Source: Tubiluchus corallicola
Taxonomy: Eukaryota > Animalia > Priapulida
Direction of reading: 5' to 3'
DNA length: 64,000 nucleotides
Assembly: GCA_030141605.1 (NCBI GenBank)
Contig: JAQGDQ010000466.1
Coordinates: 62,001 to 126,000 of the forward strand
This document shows positions 25,855-38,957 of the stretch, one piece after another; within the stretch, counting starts at the first letter, position 1, and the number at the start of each line of letters is the position of its first letter. The translations under genes were made by a program, and so were the position numbers. The notes below the pieces were generated by a model. The model saw only the letters and a list, made by a program, of their open reading frames with translations. It had not been told where the DNA came from and did no database searches.

Positions 25855-26240
25855 GGTGTGGTGCAGTGTAGTGGGTGATATGGTGTGGGTGGTGCGATGT
25901 GGGTTGTGTGGTTGTGTGTTGATTCATGTACAATATTCTTTTTGCGGGGTTTAGCTAGTCTATGTATTAATTTTATACGTATATATAAACGACGAGGCTA
26001 CAGCTCCAATGACAGATTCTCGACGATTCTATACTTCAATCGAGAGGTCCGGACCCACAGATCTACCATTGGGGTTCATTTTTCGACTCTGTCCCACCGT
26101 GAGAAACGGGGGGGGGGAGAAAAAACTTCAAAAATGGCCATTTTCGGCCTCTTTTTTCAAATCTTATACCTCTTGTTCCCGGACCCCAAAACGCAAATTT
26201 TGCAGAAAACTGCTCAAACAGTCTCTACAAAAACTCAATT
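25855..26240 (+). repeat. GT-rich tract plus 'E' module copy 3
   Basis: ttgcggggtttagctagtctat...tatatataaacgacgaggctacagctccaatg...ccattgggg..catttttcga...aaaaacttcaaaaatggccattttcg parallels 36200-36440. Confidence 0.75.
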
Positions 26241-26999
26241 TGTGCAGCTGTTTGGGCATGCTGTGATTAAATAAGTACATTTGCAGAAAGAGGACGAAAG
26301 GATCTACAAAATGTTGTTATTAGCAAAAGACAACGTAAAATTTAATGAAAGCAATAAAATTCAAACCAAAATCAGGATTATTCCTACCAAAGATCAGGCA
26401 GAACTAATATGTTTTTATGGCTTTAATAACAACAATGTTGGCGGCAGCGAGGCGTTTGATATTACGACGAAAATTTCTGTCGTCTTCAAACAAACACTTT
26501 AGTAAATTATTCTTTCATATCGAACCATGTTTGCTCAAGCGGTTAAAAGAAGGTTTAAAATTTTTCGTCTAAAAAACCCATACTAGATTTTAGATGTGAT
26601 TGTTATTCCCACATACGTACAAGCATAACGTTCAGTGGAAATAATAAACAGGTCACAGCCCGTGTTTTGGGGCCAAGGTTAAAAACCTAGAGGAACAGAT
26701 TTCTTACTCAGCAGACCAAGATGTAAAAACCTTAGTGCGTTGCGTATTGCTAAATCGTGAATTAATTACATTTAAAAGATTGTACTACTTTCATGTAAAC
26801 GGTTTAAGGTTTCTTTTGGGCTGAAAGTGACATTAAGTATTATTTATGGTGAAATCTAACGGAGCCTGTTATGCCAGAAAACAAAGCAATTTTGACAAAA
26901 ATTTATTGTCTCACCCGTCTTTGTAGTTTAGCTTATGTCAATTTTAGTGGAATGTCCCTGTCTGTTATTAATCTTGTCTGTATTTGCTCAGCTTTATGT

Positions 27000-27235
27000 G
27001 CTTAACTCTTTCTCAGGTGTGGAACGCAGGCTTTTGAAATTCAAGTGTGTAAATACTCTGCTTTGTTTGCTTAACTCTTTCCCAGGTGTGGAATTGCAGG
27101 CTTTTGAAATTCCAGTGTGTAAATACTCTGCTTTGTTTGCTTAACGCTTTCCCAGGTGTGGAACGCAGGCTTTTGAAATTCAAGTGTGTAAACACTCTGC
27201 TTTTTTTTCTCTTTCACCGGGCGTCTTTTTCTAGA
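27000..27235 (+). repeat. ~70-bp minisatellite, three copies (module M1)
   Basis: gcttaactctttcccaggtgtggaacgcaggcttttgaaattcaagtgtgtaaatactctgctttgttt; single copies at ~22028 and ~33393. Confidence 0.93.
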
Positions 27236-29199
27236 CTCCCAGGCTAATATATTGACACAAGATATTCCTAACCACCATCACAAGTGAAAATTGTTCTAAG
27301 ATAAACATTTGCGTACGTACCTTGGATTTGTAAACTCTTCCTTTTCACTGGGGTAGCAGTTCCTGTCTGATTGATTTGCTCAAGGATCTAATAATATGGA
27401 AAAATATTTTTTGTTCACTATAAGTTTACAGGAAATTACTAATGCATGTTTAAATCAATGGCAGAACTTTAAATGACGTTGAAATAATCTACAATTTTTC
27501 CTTTGCCAAGCATTTTCAATAATATCCAGTAAAAGCAGTTTCACGTGTATCAGTACCTGCAGGTTTAGTAAAGTTTTAATAAATGCCCCAAAATATTTCT
27601 CAATCTTAAGCCATTCAGTTTGTTCAATTCTTTGGCAGGCTATTGTTTGAGTGTTATTTCTTAACTCTTTCCCTGGGGTCATTTCCCAGGTGTTCATGTG
27701 TGGTTAATTTACACAAGAAGCTAAAATGTAGAAAAATATTTTTCTTTACTTCAAAACCACTGAAAGCAATTCATCCTTGCTCAAAATCAATAACAGAACT
27801 TGAATTTTAGAATTTCACATTTAAAGAGTCTCTGTTCAGGTGGCTGAGCACTCAAAGCTTTCTCCGTCTTATTCAAACAGCAATTATTATTACGCAGTCT
27901 CACCCTTTATTATCACAAAGGAAAACCAGTTTTTACCTCTGCGTTTGCTATACAAACACTTTGAAAAGCTTTGAAATCTGAGAATACATTGTAATCCTTT
28001 CAATCTTAACAAAACATCATGTTTCGTGTCTCCCAGAGTGCTATGTTATTTCAAGCGTTAACATCAATAGAAATAATAGAACACACCTGTGCTTTGATAA
28101 CAAAACTTTATACAGTGTGCTCCCAGACGGAGCTGCTTTTGATCTTCTGTCACTTAGTGAGATAATGGAATAAATTTAGTGGTGATGAGAAGAGTAGCTA
28201 GCAATAAAAAGTTACGCACTGCAGGACGGGTGGCAACTCTTCCAGTTCAGGCAATGCTCACGCAAAATCACTTAATATATTCACATAATCTAAACACAAC
28301 CTTAAGAAAAGTGTCATATAAATCATTCAAGAATTAAATCAGTATTGAAAATCTTTGACTGATGCCTATTGAGTGATATTCATAGAGTACTAAGATAATA
28401 TTGATTCTATTAAATATTGTTTACTTTTCCTTTATTTTCTTTTTAATATATTTTAAGCCCTTCATTATCTCTTGCATGAAAGCAGAATTTTCCTTTCAAG
28501 AAATTTTGATAAAGATAGGCTATACTAAATTAGATCATCATAAATTTGCATTTGAATTTTGTTTTGACATAAAATTTTGTTAAACTATATGCCCTGCAGA
28601 TTTAGATAATCATAACATAAACGTTTTTCATATCTCTGGTCAGTTACTTTGTCTTTATGTACTCCACATGAGTTTTAAATAATTTGGAGTTTTTTGGATT
28701 TTGAAATAATTTCGTTGGATTTTTTGTGCTCTTCAAAGCTTACACGTATTATTGTAAATGTGTTTTCATTTGTTTGCTTATATTGACGTTGATTTTGATT
28801 TATAATGATTTTTTTAATTTGTTTTTTAAGTTTTGCTTGTTAGATGTTCTTAAGTTTGGCACAGTTTTTATTTGATTTTTTTTACAAATAATCTAACATT
28901 CTGTTAAAGATGTAAAAACTGTCAAGCCTGATGATGGCTTTGGCAATTGTTTTAAAAACTGCAATTATATTTACATAGAACAATGATTTTTTTCATAAAC
29001 AACATCTTTTTTTCTTCTGCAATTGTCGTTTTCTAATTGTCAAGCATGAAACAAAGTAATGGCATGTTAGGACCATAATTCTCTGGCAGACTGACTCCAT
29101 CACTTGTTACCGTGCTATTGTTTGATGCCATGCGTGCAGGTGTCGTTGTTTCTCTTGTATGACAGTTTACAAAATGATATCGCAAACTAATTTGAGTGA

Positions 29200-30010
29200 T
29201 AATTTTTTATCAAACTCGTTTGAACAAATAATCCGATCATATTTGACCACATTAAAACTGACCAACCTTTCATTTGAAGACAAATTGTTTGAAATTCTCC
29301 ATGCAAAAACTGACAAACTGTGGCTTAACAGGCAAAACATTCCTTAAATGATACAGACTGCTTTGCTAACAATATGACTGCAGAAGTTGAGACTGGCATC
29401 AGTTTTGAGTCCTACTTACCGGTCAACTACTGGTAAATAGTGATGTTACAATAATATTTATTGTTGATTATTGTTACACCCCACATAAATGACTTTAAAT
29501 TTGGAGTCAGATTTATTAATTCCATTAGCACAGATGTAGTCCTCTCCTATATGTTTTGTAAGTTCCGTTGAGTTTGTGCTAGCTGTTGCATAGAGCTCAA
29601 GCTATTGGCAAGTTTTATGACATCAACAAATTTCAATAGCATAATTCTTGGTTTAGGTCATCAAGAAATCAGCTGCAACAGTGGCCAAAAAACACTTCAA
29701 TGAGGAACTCCAGACAAAACTGGTGCATGCGATGTTTTAATGCATTGGACCTCAAAGTCCTGGAGAAATTTTCAGCCCATAGTCTAATTGGCTTCTTTTC
29801 AGATATTTCTGCACATATTTCTTTAAAAGTACAGGTTGCCCTGATTAAAATAAATGAGTGCATATTATGTTCTTTCCCTATGTTTCGTACATTGCTTCTA
29901 TGTAATTTGAATAAATTTGAGTCAACTGGTCATCAGGGTTGTTGTCCTTTTGTCTTGGTCTGAGTGCGTTGTCCATTGCAAAATTTTCAAGATTGAATTA
30001 GGACATTGTA
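29200..30010 (-). mobile_element. Heavily decayed CR1/L2-type LINE reverse transcriptase remnant
   Basis: Minus-strand fragments occur in the expected order: DKGQHPD; PVLSGVPH*SVFWPLL (29723-29676, cf. SGVPQGSVLGPLL); KFKVIYVGCNN (cf. KCKVMHLG.NN); DASLNFCSHIVSKA (cf. DS.L.FS.HI...SKA). Many stops. Confidence 0.55.
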
Positions 30011-30893
30011 GCATAATCACATCTTTGTCTTCTTTGTGAATGATTTATCATAACAGCCCACTGTAGTCAAATCACTGAGCATTCTAGTTTGCCGATTTTG
30101 GGCTAGATTTGATTCACAGATTAGAAACTCATCTAAAGTGACTCCTTTCCATGAAGATCCTTTCCAACACACTGGAAGTTCGCTAAGTATGGGTCGACGT
30201 CCCTTAATCTTATGCAGTGATCCTCACCAAGTAGCACCGCGAGCCACGTTTGCATACTTACAATACTTGCTATGAGTAATTAGGAGTAAACAACAACGTA
30301 GTAAATGAAACCAATAATGAATAAATTTGTTGAACGATAACGCAAAAAATAGAAACAATTTGTACAATATACATAAACTTTATCTCTAAAGAACAATGTT
30401 GTTTGTCATCATGTTATAAAAACAAAAAGATTTGAACGCTAAACCAAGTAGAGTAGAGCTGAAACCTGGCCTGTGCACGTTTAAACAGTCAAAATATGTC
30501 TATTCAGCAATACCAAGTCTTGCGTACTATAATGCGCAAATATCCACGGTCATAGAGTAGCTTATTTCCTAATGTTTCTCATTCCAAACGAATTCACACA
30601 CACTGTACTCAAAACCAATTAATAATTGAACTTCACTGAAGACTTTATATTAAGCACCTGTTACACTATTAACAAGTTTTGCAATAATGCACAGTAAATG
30701 ATCTGAATGAATAATCTGGCCACTAGTCAGTCATGCATATGAAAGTGATAGCAGTTGTTCCGTATGGCGCGCATGACATTAACTGCAGCTTCTGTTTAAA
30801 TCCGACACAAACTTTCGCGCACTAGAAATTTGCTGTAGAAAATGTTCACAAACTTTCATTGAACATCCATTGAAGTTCTTTTAACAAAGTCTA

Positions 30894-31077
30894 TGTAACG
30901 TTATCGATATAGTAGCCTGGTACAATATAGTTCCCAGTGTTATATGTGTGAACAGGCTTGCAATTATTATTACGCACTTGGATTCGAGCTGTGTGGACGT
31001 AATTTGTGTCTTCTGATTTAAGTTCATTAAACTCTTTGATTACATATAAATACTGTGTTCTAGTATATAATATTACA
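30894..31077 (+). mobile_element. Putative 5' LTR (TGTAA...TTACA) followed by PBS TGGTGGCAG at 31078
   Basis: CA end immediately followed by a TGG-type primer-binding site, with gag downstream. The LTR start could instead be TGTTATAT at ~30938. Confidence 0.6.
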
Positions 31078-31457
31078 TGGTGGCAGCCAGTGGAAACGGA
31101 CTTACACTGTCAAACACCAGGAAGCTGTGAAAAATACCAGTTTCAAGGAAGTTTAATATCAGAAAGGCATAGTAGCTGTAAACGCACGGCGCCATGTTGC
31201 CACGTTCCCGCTCATCATTAAAGTAGTGCGAAAGCCCCGACGGTCAGATCCGTGCGCAAAAAACAATTGGATTCCGTTACAGCAAAAAACTTGAAGTCTT
31301 AATATAGCAAGTGAGGGCACGTCGGTGAGTAAAGCAGCAGGCTTTTATGTACAGTTCTACAGTGTGCGACGCAATAGCTTACTACGAACTGTGTTGTCTG
31401 TGCAATAACTTTAAACGCTACGTATAATTAGTTCAACGAAACTCAGTGCCAAGAAAT

Positions 31458-32200
31458 ATGGGAGATTTATCGGGAATAAATCCACCTTGTATGGACTGGG
31501 GTTGTCGTGATTTACCGTCGAGTTTTAAAGCGTTTGAGCAATATTGCAGACTGATTTTTCAAGGCCCGCTAGCAACTAAAACTGACGCACAAAAAGCCAC
31601 GTATATTTTGCTGTGGATAGGCCAAGACGGCCTAAAAATCTTCAACTCATGGGGTCTGAACGACGATGATAGGGCGAATCCAGACATAATTTTAAACAGA
31701 TTTCGGAAACACTGAGCCCAAATCGAACTTTCGTCTGGCGAGATATAATCTGCAGAAATTTAAACAGACGGAACGCGAGTCTGTAGATGACTTTATGGCG
31801 TGCTGCAAACTGCAGGCGCAGAAGTCTAAATTCAGTATCGCCGAGATGGAAGAACGACTGATCGAAATTTTAATTGTCAGTCGCGACGCAGCCTATAATG
31901 AGACGACAAAAAGTTGCGGCAAATGTGGTCTCAAGCATGACAGAAAATGCCCAGCACGGGGCAGTCGCTGCCATAAATACAATGGCATGAATCACTGGAA
32001 AAATATGTGCAGAACTGATTTGTCCAATAGACAAAGTGGCGACGCGAATAAGAAGCAGATGAGAAAACCAAGACGTCGAAGTCGAGGTAGAAGCTGCAGG
32101 CGTTCATTTCGCAGCCTAGAGATATACAACGTTCAGTTGAGAACAATGCAGTGCAATTTAATGATGAATCAGATGAACTAACTTTTCAAAGTGTTCAGTC
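31458..32200 (+). pseudogene. Gypsy (Mag-like) gag, frameshifted and internally deleted; pol absent
   Basis: MGDLSGINPPCMDW..DLPSSFKAFEQYCRLIFQGPL...YILLWIGQDGLKIFNSW...EPKSNFRLARYNLQKFKQTERESVDDFM, then tandem knuckles CGKCGLKHDRKCPARGSRCHKYNGMNHWKNMC. Confidence 0.85.
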
Positions 32201-33562
32201 AGACAATGCACACATCAAAATTTCTAACTTTGGTAGATTCATGAAATGAAAATTAATGACAACGGAACCTGATTCTTAAATAAATTTGTATTTTCTTGAT
32301 ACACTGGCAAATCTAATTTTGAGTGGTGGTGGTACAAACTGCAAAAGTAGTATTGTATTTTCATTTAATTCGCAGATAATTGTTTTATCTGCACCAATCT
32401 GTTCTTCAGTCAAAACTAGAATTTTTTTTGCCTGGGGTACATTTTTGCTACAGGATTTTGTGGCACAGTGTCTGCAACACAAAATGTTCTCTCGGTGATC
32501 TAAATTATTCACGATTTCTGTCAAAGTATCGTACACTTAAATATGGCTAAGACATAATTTATTCGCAGCATCCATTAATAACAACAGGACAATTTAAAAT
32601 CATCTAAAGCAATGTAAAAGCAGTTGTATTCATAGAGTGGAGAAAAATCATCCGTTGTCACGGAGTTTTATTAATAACAGAGTTGGCGCCAGAGAGGGAC
32701 AATTTCTGTCTTCAGCAAACAAATCACTTTACAGGTTTACCCTTTTCGTGTCGAGCCATGTTTGCTCTTGTGCTTGAACAATTAAAATTGTCTGTGTCTT
32801 GTTTAAACACCTATTATTATAACGCAGCTTAGTCTTTATTATGATGGTAAAAGAATCTGGTTTTTCCCTCTTTGTTTTCAATGCAAACACTTTACAATGC
32901 TTTCAAAGCTAAAAACTCAAACTCACTTATTGTGCTTATAATCCTTTTAGTCTTATCAAAACATCGTATTTCCCAGGTGGTTTTATTATTACAAGCTTTA
33001 CTTCAAAGAGAAAAAATAATGGCATGTTTGACAGTATGATTGATCACAGACTTTGATTTGCAAGGTTAAGCAAAAATGAAACTGGTCAGCAACTGGATTT
33101 CTGACTTTTGCTCTCAGTGAATTGGGATGCAGAAAACCACATTGTGTTGCATCTCTTTGTGCAAGATTAGTGATCGCGAATCAGTTACGTAGTTTAAAGT
33201 TTCTCATAAACAGTAAGTGATATTAAACGTGAGTTAAGGTGAAATCTAATGTGAGAGGGAGGCTGTTATACCAGAAAGTGATGGAATAATGAGAAATGTT
33301 TCTACTTCACACTCCTTTGTAGAAAAGCTTACGTCAATTTTCCTGGAATGTCCTACACTGTTAACAGTCTTGTCTGCATTTGTTCAGCTTTCCTCTTTCC
33401 CAGGTGTGGAATGCGGGCTTTTGAAATTCAAGACCCATGTAATCACTCTGCTATATTTACTTAACTCTTTCCCAGGCGTCTTTATCTTAGTTCCCAGTCT
33501 AATGTATTGACACAAGATCTACGGTTAAATTCAGCATTTTTCACATCTTCAGCACGAAGGAG

Positions 33563-34652
33563 GAAAACTTGTTTTAAATAAACATTGCGGCATCTTTCAA
33601 AGCTCTTTGTGTTGAATGATTTTGAAGGAACGCTAATGTTTACACAGTCAGATGTTTCTTCTGAAACTTGAGCTTTATTGTAAATACAAGACAACTTTTC
33701 TGAAATCATGACACACTAACAACGTAATTACATGACGAAGTAAAGGCATCAGAAAATTGAGATGCTTGTGATATGGGCTGAGTTGAAGCTGCCTCATTAA
33801 CAAAGGTAATCCCTGAAGATGAGCCACTGAACTGCCAGAGGTGTCTCAGTCATGTTCGTGTGTGAAACATCCTCTCTTTGAGGCATAAACAACCAGGATC
33901 AGCAGCAGAGCAAATGAAACCGTCACAATGAGTATCCAAGTCTCACCAATCGTGCAAGGCATGAATCCGCCTGCAATTTTTTTATAAAAATGTGTTTAAT
34001 AGTATTACAGCTTTATAGACTTCTATAATCTTTATGCAGACATCAGTTTTGTATGTTTACATCATTATAATATAATCGTTAAAAGCAATAATTAGTAGCA
34101 GTAATTAGTAGAAATGATCAATGAGACAATAGCTGTGCCAAAAATGTTTCTAAAATATAAAACATTTGAAAAATCGCAACACGTAACTGTGTAAACGGTT
34201 TATCGTGGGAGATTCAAGGTTGGTCGTTATGCACAATTTCTCACGCTGCCAAAATTGTTGTAAAATCTGTTGAATCAACTTAAAAAGAGAGATTATTTAG
34301 CTTTTGTTTGATCGCAGACATATTTGAGTTACGGATCAAAATCCTCCTTTGTGTGTTGAGGACGCAGCAGCATAAACTGCATCTCAGCTTAATACTTCAC
34401 AAAATTTCAATTGTTGAAGATTAAAGCCTTTGTTTGCTTTGCGTGACTCGCTTCTCGGGTAAATACTTCTAGAGATTTCACTTATTAAATTCCAACCTGT
34501 GTTACTGATGATTAAAATCTTACTTTGGGTGTAGAATATTTACAGATTAGATTAATTTCACAAGAAGTTTAATCTTCCAGAGAGTCCGTTTATACAGCGC
34601 ATTTGTTCAAATTTCTGATGAGACTCTTAGGTAACATTTACTTTATGAACAA
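33563..34652 (+). repeat. Repeat module M3, copy of 23120-24172
   Basis: Colinear, high similarity. Confidence 0.92.
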
Positions 34653-35866
34653 ATTAAGATTTAAACAACAAAGCTGCATTAGTCAAGCCGGTTAAAGTGC
34701 AACAAAACTATTAAAATAACATAATTGTAGAAATAAAATGTAAAGAAACTTGATGAATAAAGGCTTGTCTAGAGTTTCTCCCGTGCTGGAGATGCTGAGC
34801 TACGTAACATGTTTACAGTATTGTTTAGTTTTCGGTCCCTCCACAATCTGCTCATAGGTGAATGGACGGCTTGTCACAATAGATAACGGGCGTCTTGGCC
34901 ATTTCATGTCAATTGTGCCACATTGTGTCTTCCTAGAGAATTTCTTTTTGTCTTTGACGCCACTTTAGTTTTTAACCAGTTTTTATAATTCGTCTTTTAT
35001 GATGCAACATTTTATCATTGAAAAGTTTCTAAACAAAATCGTAATTTTTCTAACAAATTTTGTTTGTCTTGTTTCTTAAGAACTTTTTCAGTTTGTTTAA
35101 GTGCTTATAAAGTATTTGAACCGCGAGCTACAGACAAAGCACACGTCCTAGTTACAAAGAGTTACCTGAAATAAGTGATTCTAGTTTCTAATAATTTATG
35201 TCTGAGAAATAAACCTGATTGCTTTGTAGCCGCCTAACAAAGAGATGCGTGAAATTTTATAATAAGCTGCTGTGATTATAGTTGTCTGCAAACATCTCAA
35301 AGCTGACATTGAATACTAAAATAAACAGAGCTGTCAGACAGCTTCCTTTTCTGGGATTAAATTAAGAACTGATTACTCAAAATTCCATGAGAAAAGATTT
35401 AGCTGTTCGCTAGAATTCTCTTAGTTTTGCTTTGTCTACATTTTAAAAAGATATGTAGAGTAGTACTATAAAAGCATTGAATCCTTATAATCAAGAACAA
35501 TTTTTGGTGGTGGTGGAGGTAGAGTGTCATCATTAAACTATCAGCAGCAGGAGCAGCAACAGCAGCACAACAGCAACAGGGAGAGTACAGCAGAGCTGCA
35601 AATGTTTGTTTTGCTGGCTTGTCCAATTTATAGTGTTAAATTCCTTTTCAACATAATTATAACATAACACCACCAAAGCTATTCTGATCACTGTCTTTTC
35701 TGGCTGCTATTTCACAATCAGCAATTTTTAAAGATGTGACACTGTGCCTGGTATCTAGCCAAGTTTCTGATAAACCTACGAACTGTTGGTGTTGTAGGTG
35801 TCGTCATCGTTGTCGTCATCATCATCATCGTTTTCAGCATCATGATCACAATGATCACCGTAAGAA

Positions 35867-36600
35867 GTGGTGGGAGTGCTGTGAATAGTGTGCTGTAGGT
35901 GTAGTGCTGTGGCTGGTGTGGTGGGGTGGGATGGCAGTGTTGTGGTGCGTGTGGTGTAGTTTGGGCTGGTTTTTTGTGGTGTGGGTGATGTGGTGTGGAT
36001 AATGTGGTGCGTGGTAAGGTGGGGTGGTGTGCTATAATGTGGATGGTGTGGTGTTGTGTTATGATGTGGGTCGTGTGCTGTGAGTGGAATGGTTGGTTGG
36101 TGTGGTGTGGTGTGGCTGGTGTTTTGTGAGTGGGGTGGTGGGTGGTTTTGTGGCGTATGGGTCATGGTGTGGGTTGTTGTTGAGAGTTTATGTGCAAATT
36201 TGCAGGGTTTGGCTAGTCTATCAATTAATTTCGCTTATATATATATATAAGATTCGAGTCTACAGCTTCAATGGCGGCACTATTTGTGGCGATCTATTTA
36301 TCAAATGAAAGGCCTCGATCTAGTGTCAGTCGTGCCATTGGGGCATATTTTTCGAATTGGGCCACCGGTAGGAATGGTGGGCGAAAAACCTCTAAAAAAG
36401 GTCATTTTTCGTCCGTATTTGCAAACCCTATACCTCTTATTTTTGAGGAACAGGAACGGGTCGCGGACGGTGCCAGCCATGGATAGATAACCCGTTCAGC
36501 GTTGGGTGTAGTAGGTGTATTTAGAATTCGCGAGAGGGCCAAGCCGTCCAGCGATGAACGTTTTCCTGCACACAGCTCGCGATTTTTTCGAAATTTGAAA
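35867..36600 (+). repeat. GT-rich tract (35867-36185) plus longest 'E' module, copy 4
   Basis: G/T-skewed tract, then gtgcaaatttgcagggtttggctagtctatcaattaatt...tatatatataagattcgagtctacagcttcaatggcggcactatttgtggcgatctatttatcaaatgaaagg and a CpG-rich body. Confidence 0.8.
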
Positions 36601-37909
36601 ATTGAACTCTCGAAAGGAGATATATAGCTGTTCAGAAAGAAGAAGAACAGGACTACCCCATTGTTGTGCTATAATTTAGGACACGTCCACAACGAGGATT
36701 ACCGACGAGTTAATTAGTTGTTCTAGTTTTGACAACTTTCGCTTAGAAAACTGCTGACGCAAAGGCATTGTTCTAACTTCATCAATTATACTCTGCTTAT
36801 AACCTTACAATTTTAATTCAGTAAAAGCTGCTATTGGCTTTGCGTTATAAACGAGGACTATGTAGGACGTTCACGCAATATTGATTATAAGTGTATTTAT
36901 ATGCAAAATTTTTGGCGGGGCCTTTGTTAGTTTCTTATAAAACTAATTAGCGATTCACTATTCATTGGGAAGTGGAAACCGACTTATTCTTTCTGCCGAA
37001 ATTATGGTTTATCAAAAAAATTCGTTTGAGGATAAGCAACGCATTTTTCAAAGTTTCAAAGTTTATGTGGTAAGTAAGCTACTCCATGTGCTCTGATTGC
37101 TCGCATATTATAAGGCGCAAGTTTCGTTTTGCTGAATAAATATGTTGTGGCTGTTTATAAGTATTTAGGCAAGATTGGCGCTCTTCTCTGCTTCTCTCAA
37201 TGCATTTTTTTATTTTTATGACGTGACGACAAGCAATGATAATTGTTTATAACTTTACAATTTTTCATAAATTTCGTGTCTGTTGTACAAACTGTTTCTA
37301 ATTTTTGTGTCAATATTCAATAAATTTATAACGCATTAGCTGTTTATGATTGATTATTTTATTTATTATTCTCAATATTAACGTTGTCGAAATGTTTACC
37401 GAAATGCATAAATCATTTTCATTTTTATTAAACTGATCATAAATACAACGTGATCAAAAGCATTGCTCTGATTAAACTTGAAATAATGATAAATAATTGG
37501 TATTGTTTTGCTGCTGGCTATGAAAATGTCCTAATCGATTTAGTTTGTCATTGAAACCACAAATTATATATCCACTGAAATTAGAACTTACAAAGTTATT
37601 ATTATTACGATTCATGATTATAATCGATGCTGTTCAATCACCGACTTTGCCAGTCACACCACTACCAGTGTGTCATGTCACCAGTGTATATGGAAATAAT
37701 GCATCAAGTATTTAATACCCAATAGCACAGGTTGAAATCGTCGTATTTGTGAAAAGTAGCTGTAGTTTCCAATAGTTCACCTCAAAAACATGACCCTGCT
37801 CAAAATCATTGGTGATTGTATTCTAGCTCTTTTAACTCAGTATTTTCTCACCCTTTCAATGGCACTCAAGGGTAGTAGTTCAATTTTGAAAAGATTTAAT
37901 TTTGATGTA

Positions 37910-38957
37910 TGTATTCTTGTTTTGCCTAGCATCTCTTCTTAACTATTTCCATGGGTGTTCCAGGTTGGCACCTTAAACAAAGCATAAAAGTTTCTGCAGC
38001 CTATTGACATTCTTGTCTATATTTGCTTAGCATCTCTTCCTAATTCTTTCGATGGGAGTTCAAGGATGACAGCTTAACTTAGCGAAAAGCTCTGCAGTCT
38101 ATTGACACTCTTGCCTGTGTTTGCTAAGCATCTCTTAACTCTTTCCCTGGGAGATCCGGGGTGGAACCTCAACAAAACAAAAAAGCTTCTCCAGTCTATT
38201 GATAATATTGTCTGTCTTTTAACTCATTCTTTCCAGTATTAAAACAGCGTGCGACGAGTTTTCTTGAGAATTTTGAAATCTGGGAAACACAAAGAAATGA
38301 AACTATTCATCCATGTTTTAACACAAATATAGACGTATTGAATTTGAAAGGGTCTTCGTTAGGTGTGATCTTGAAAAATATTTATACAGACGTCTTGATA
38401 ACGAATCAGTCTTTGCAGGTATTTGCAAAATTTCTTTCACGTGATGTTTTATCCTCCTAAGATGTGTGAGTTTAGTTTATTTGCTCAAATTTTTGCAGAG
38501 ATTCCTGAATATTATTGTTTTGTGAGTAATAAAATATTATTAAGGCACTGTTCAAAGGCTTCCCAATTATTTTCAAAGGCATAATTTGTAAATAATAATA
38601 ACATTTTATTAAGATAATGAAACAATACACTGCATAAGCAATGATTAAATCAGTTACTCGGGCAGCACTAAAAATTTTTTGACTGCATCCGCGTATTAAC
38701 TAAAAAAAAACTTCTGCATTCTATTGACATTCTTGTCTTTATTTGCTAAGCGTCTCTTCTTAACTCTTTCCCTGTGAGTTCCAGGGAGGCGGTTTTACTG
38801 AACAAAAAACTTCTGCATTCTATTGACATACCTGACTCTACTTGCTAAGCGTCTTTTCTTAACTCTTTCACTTGGAGTTCCAGGGTGGCAGCTTAATCAA
38901 ACAAAAAATCTTCTGCAGACTATTGATATTCCTGTCTATATTTGCTAAGCGTCTTAG
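37910..38957 (+). repeat. Degenerate ~98-bp minisatellite in two blocks (37910-38235 and 38703-38957)
   Basis: cttctgca.tctattgacattcttgtct.tatttgctaagc.tctcttcttaactctttccctg.gagttccaggg.ggca repeats; shares cttaactctttccc with the 70-bp unit. Confidence 0.85.

Noticed and set aside
34840-34950. Short minus-strand open stretch (KWPRRPLSIVTSRPFTYEQIVEGP)
   Set aside because: No recognisable family and no clear splice-site pair.
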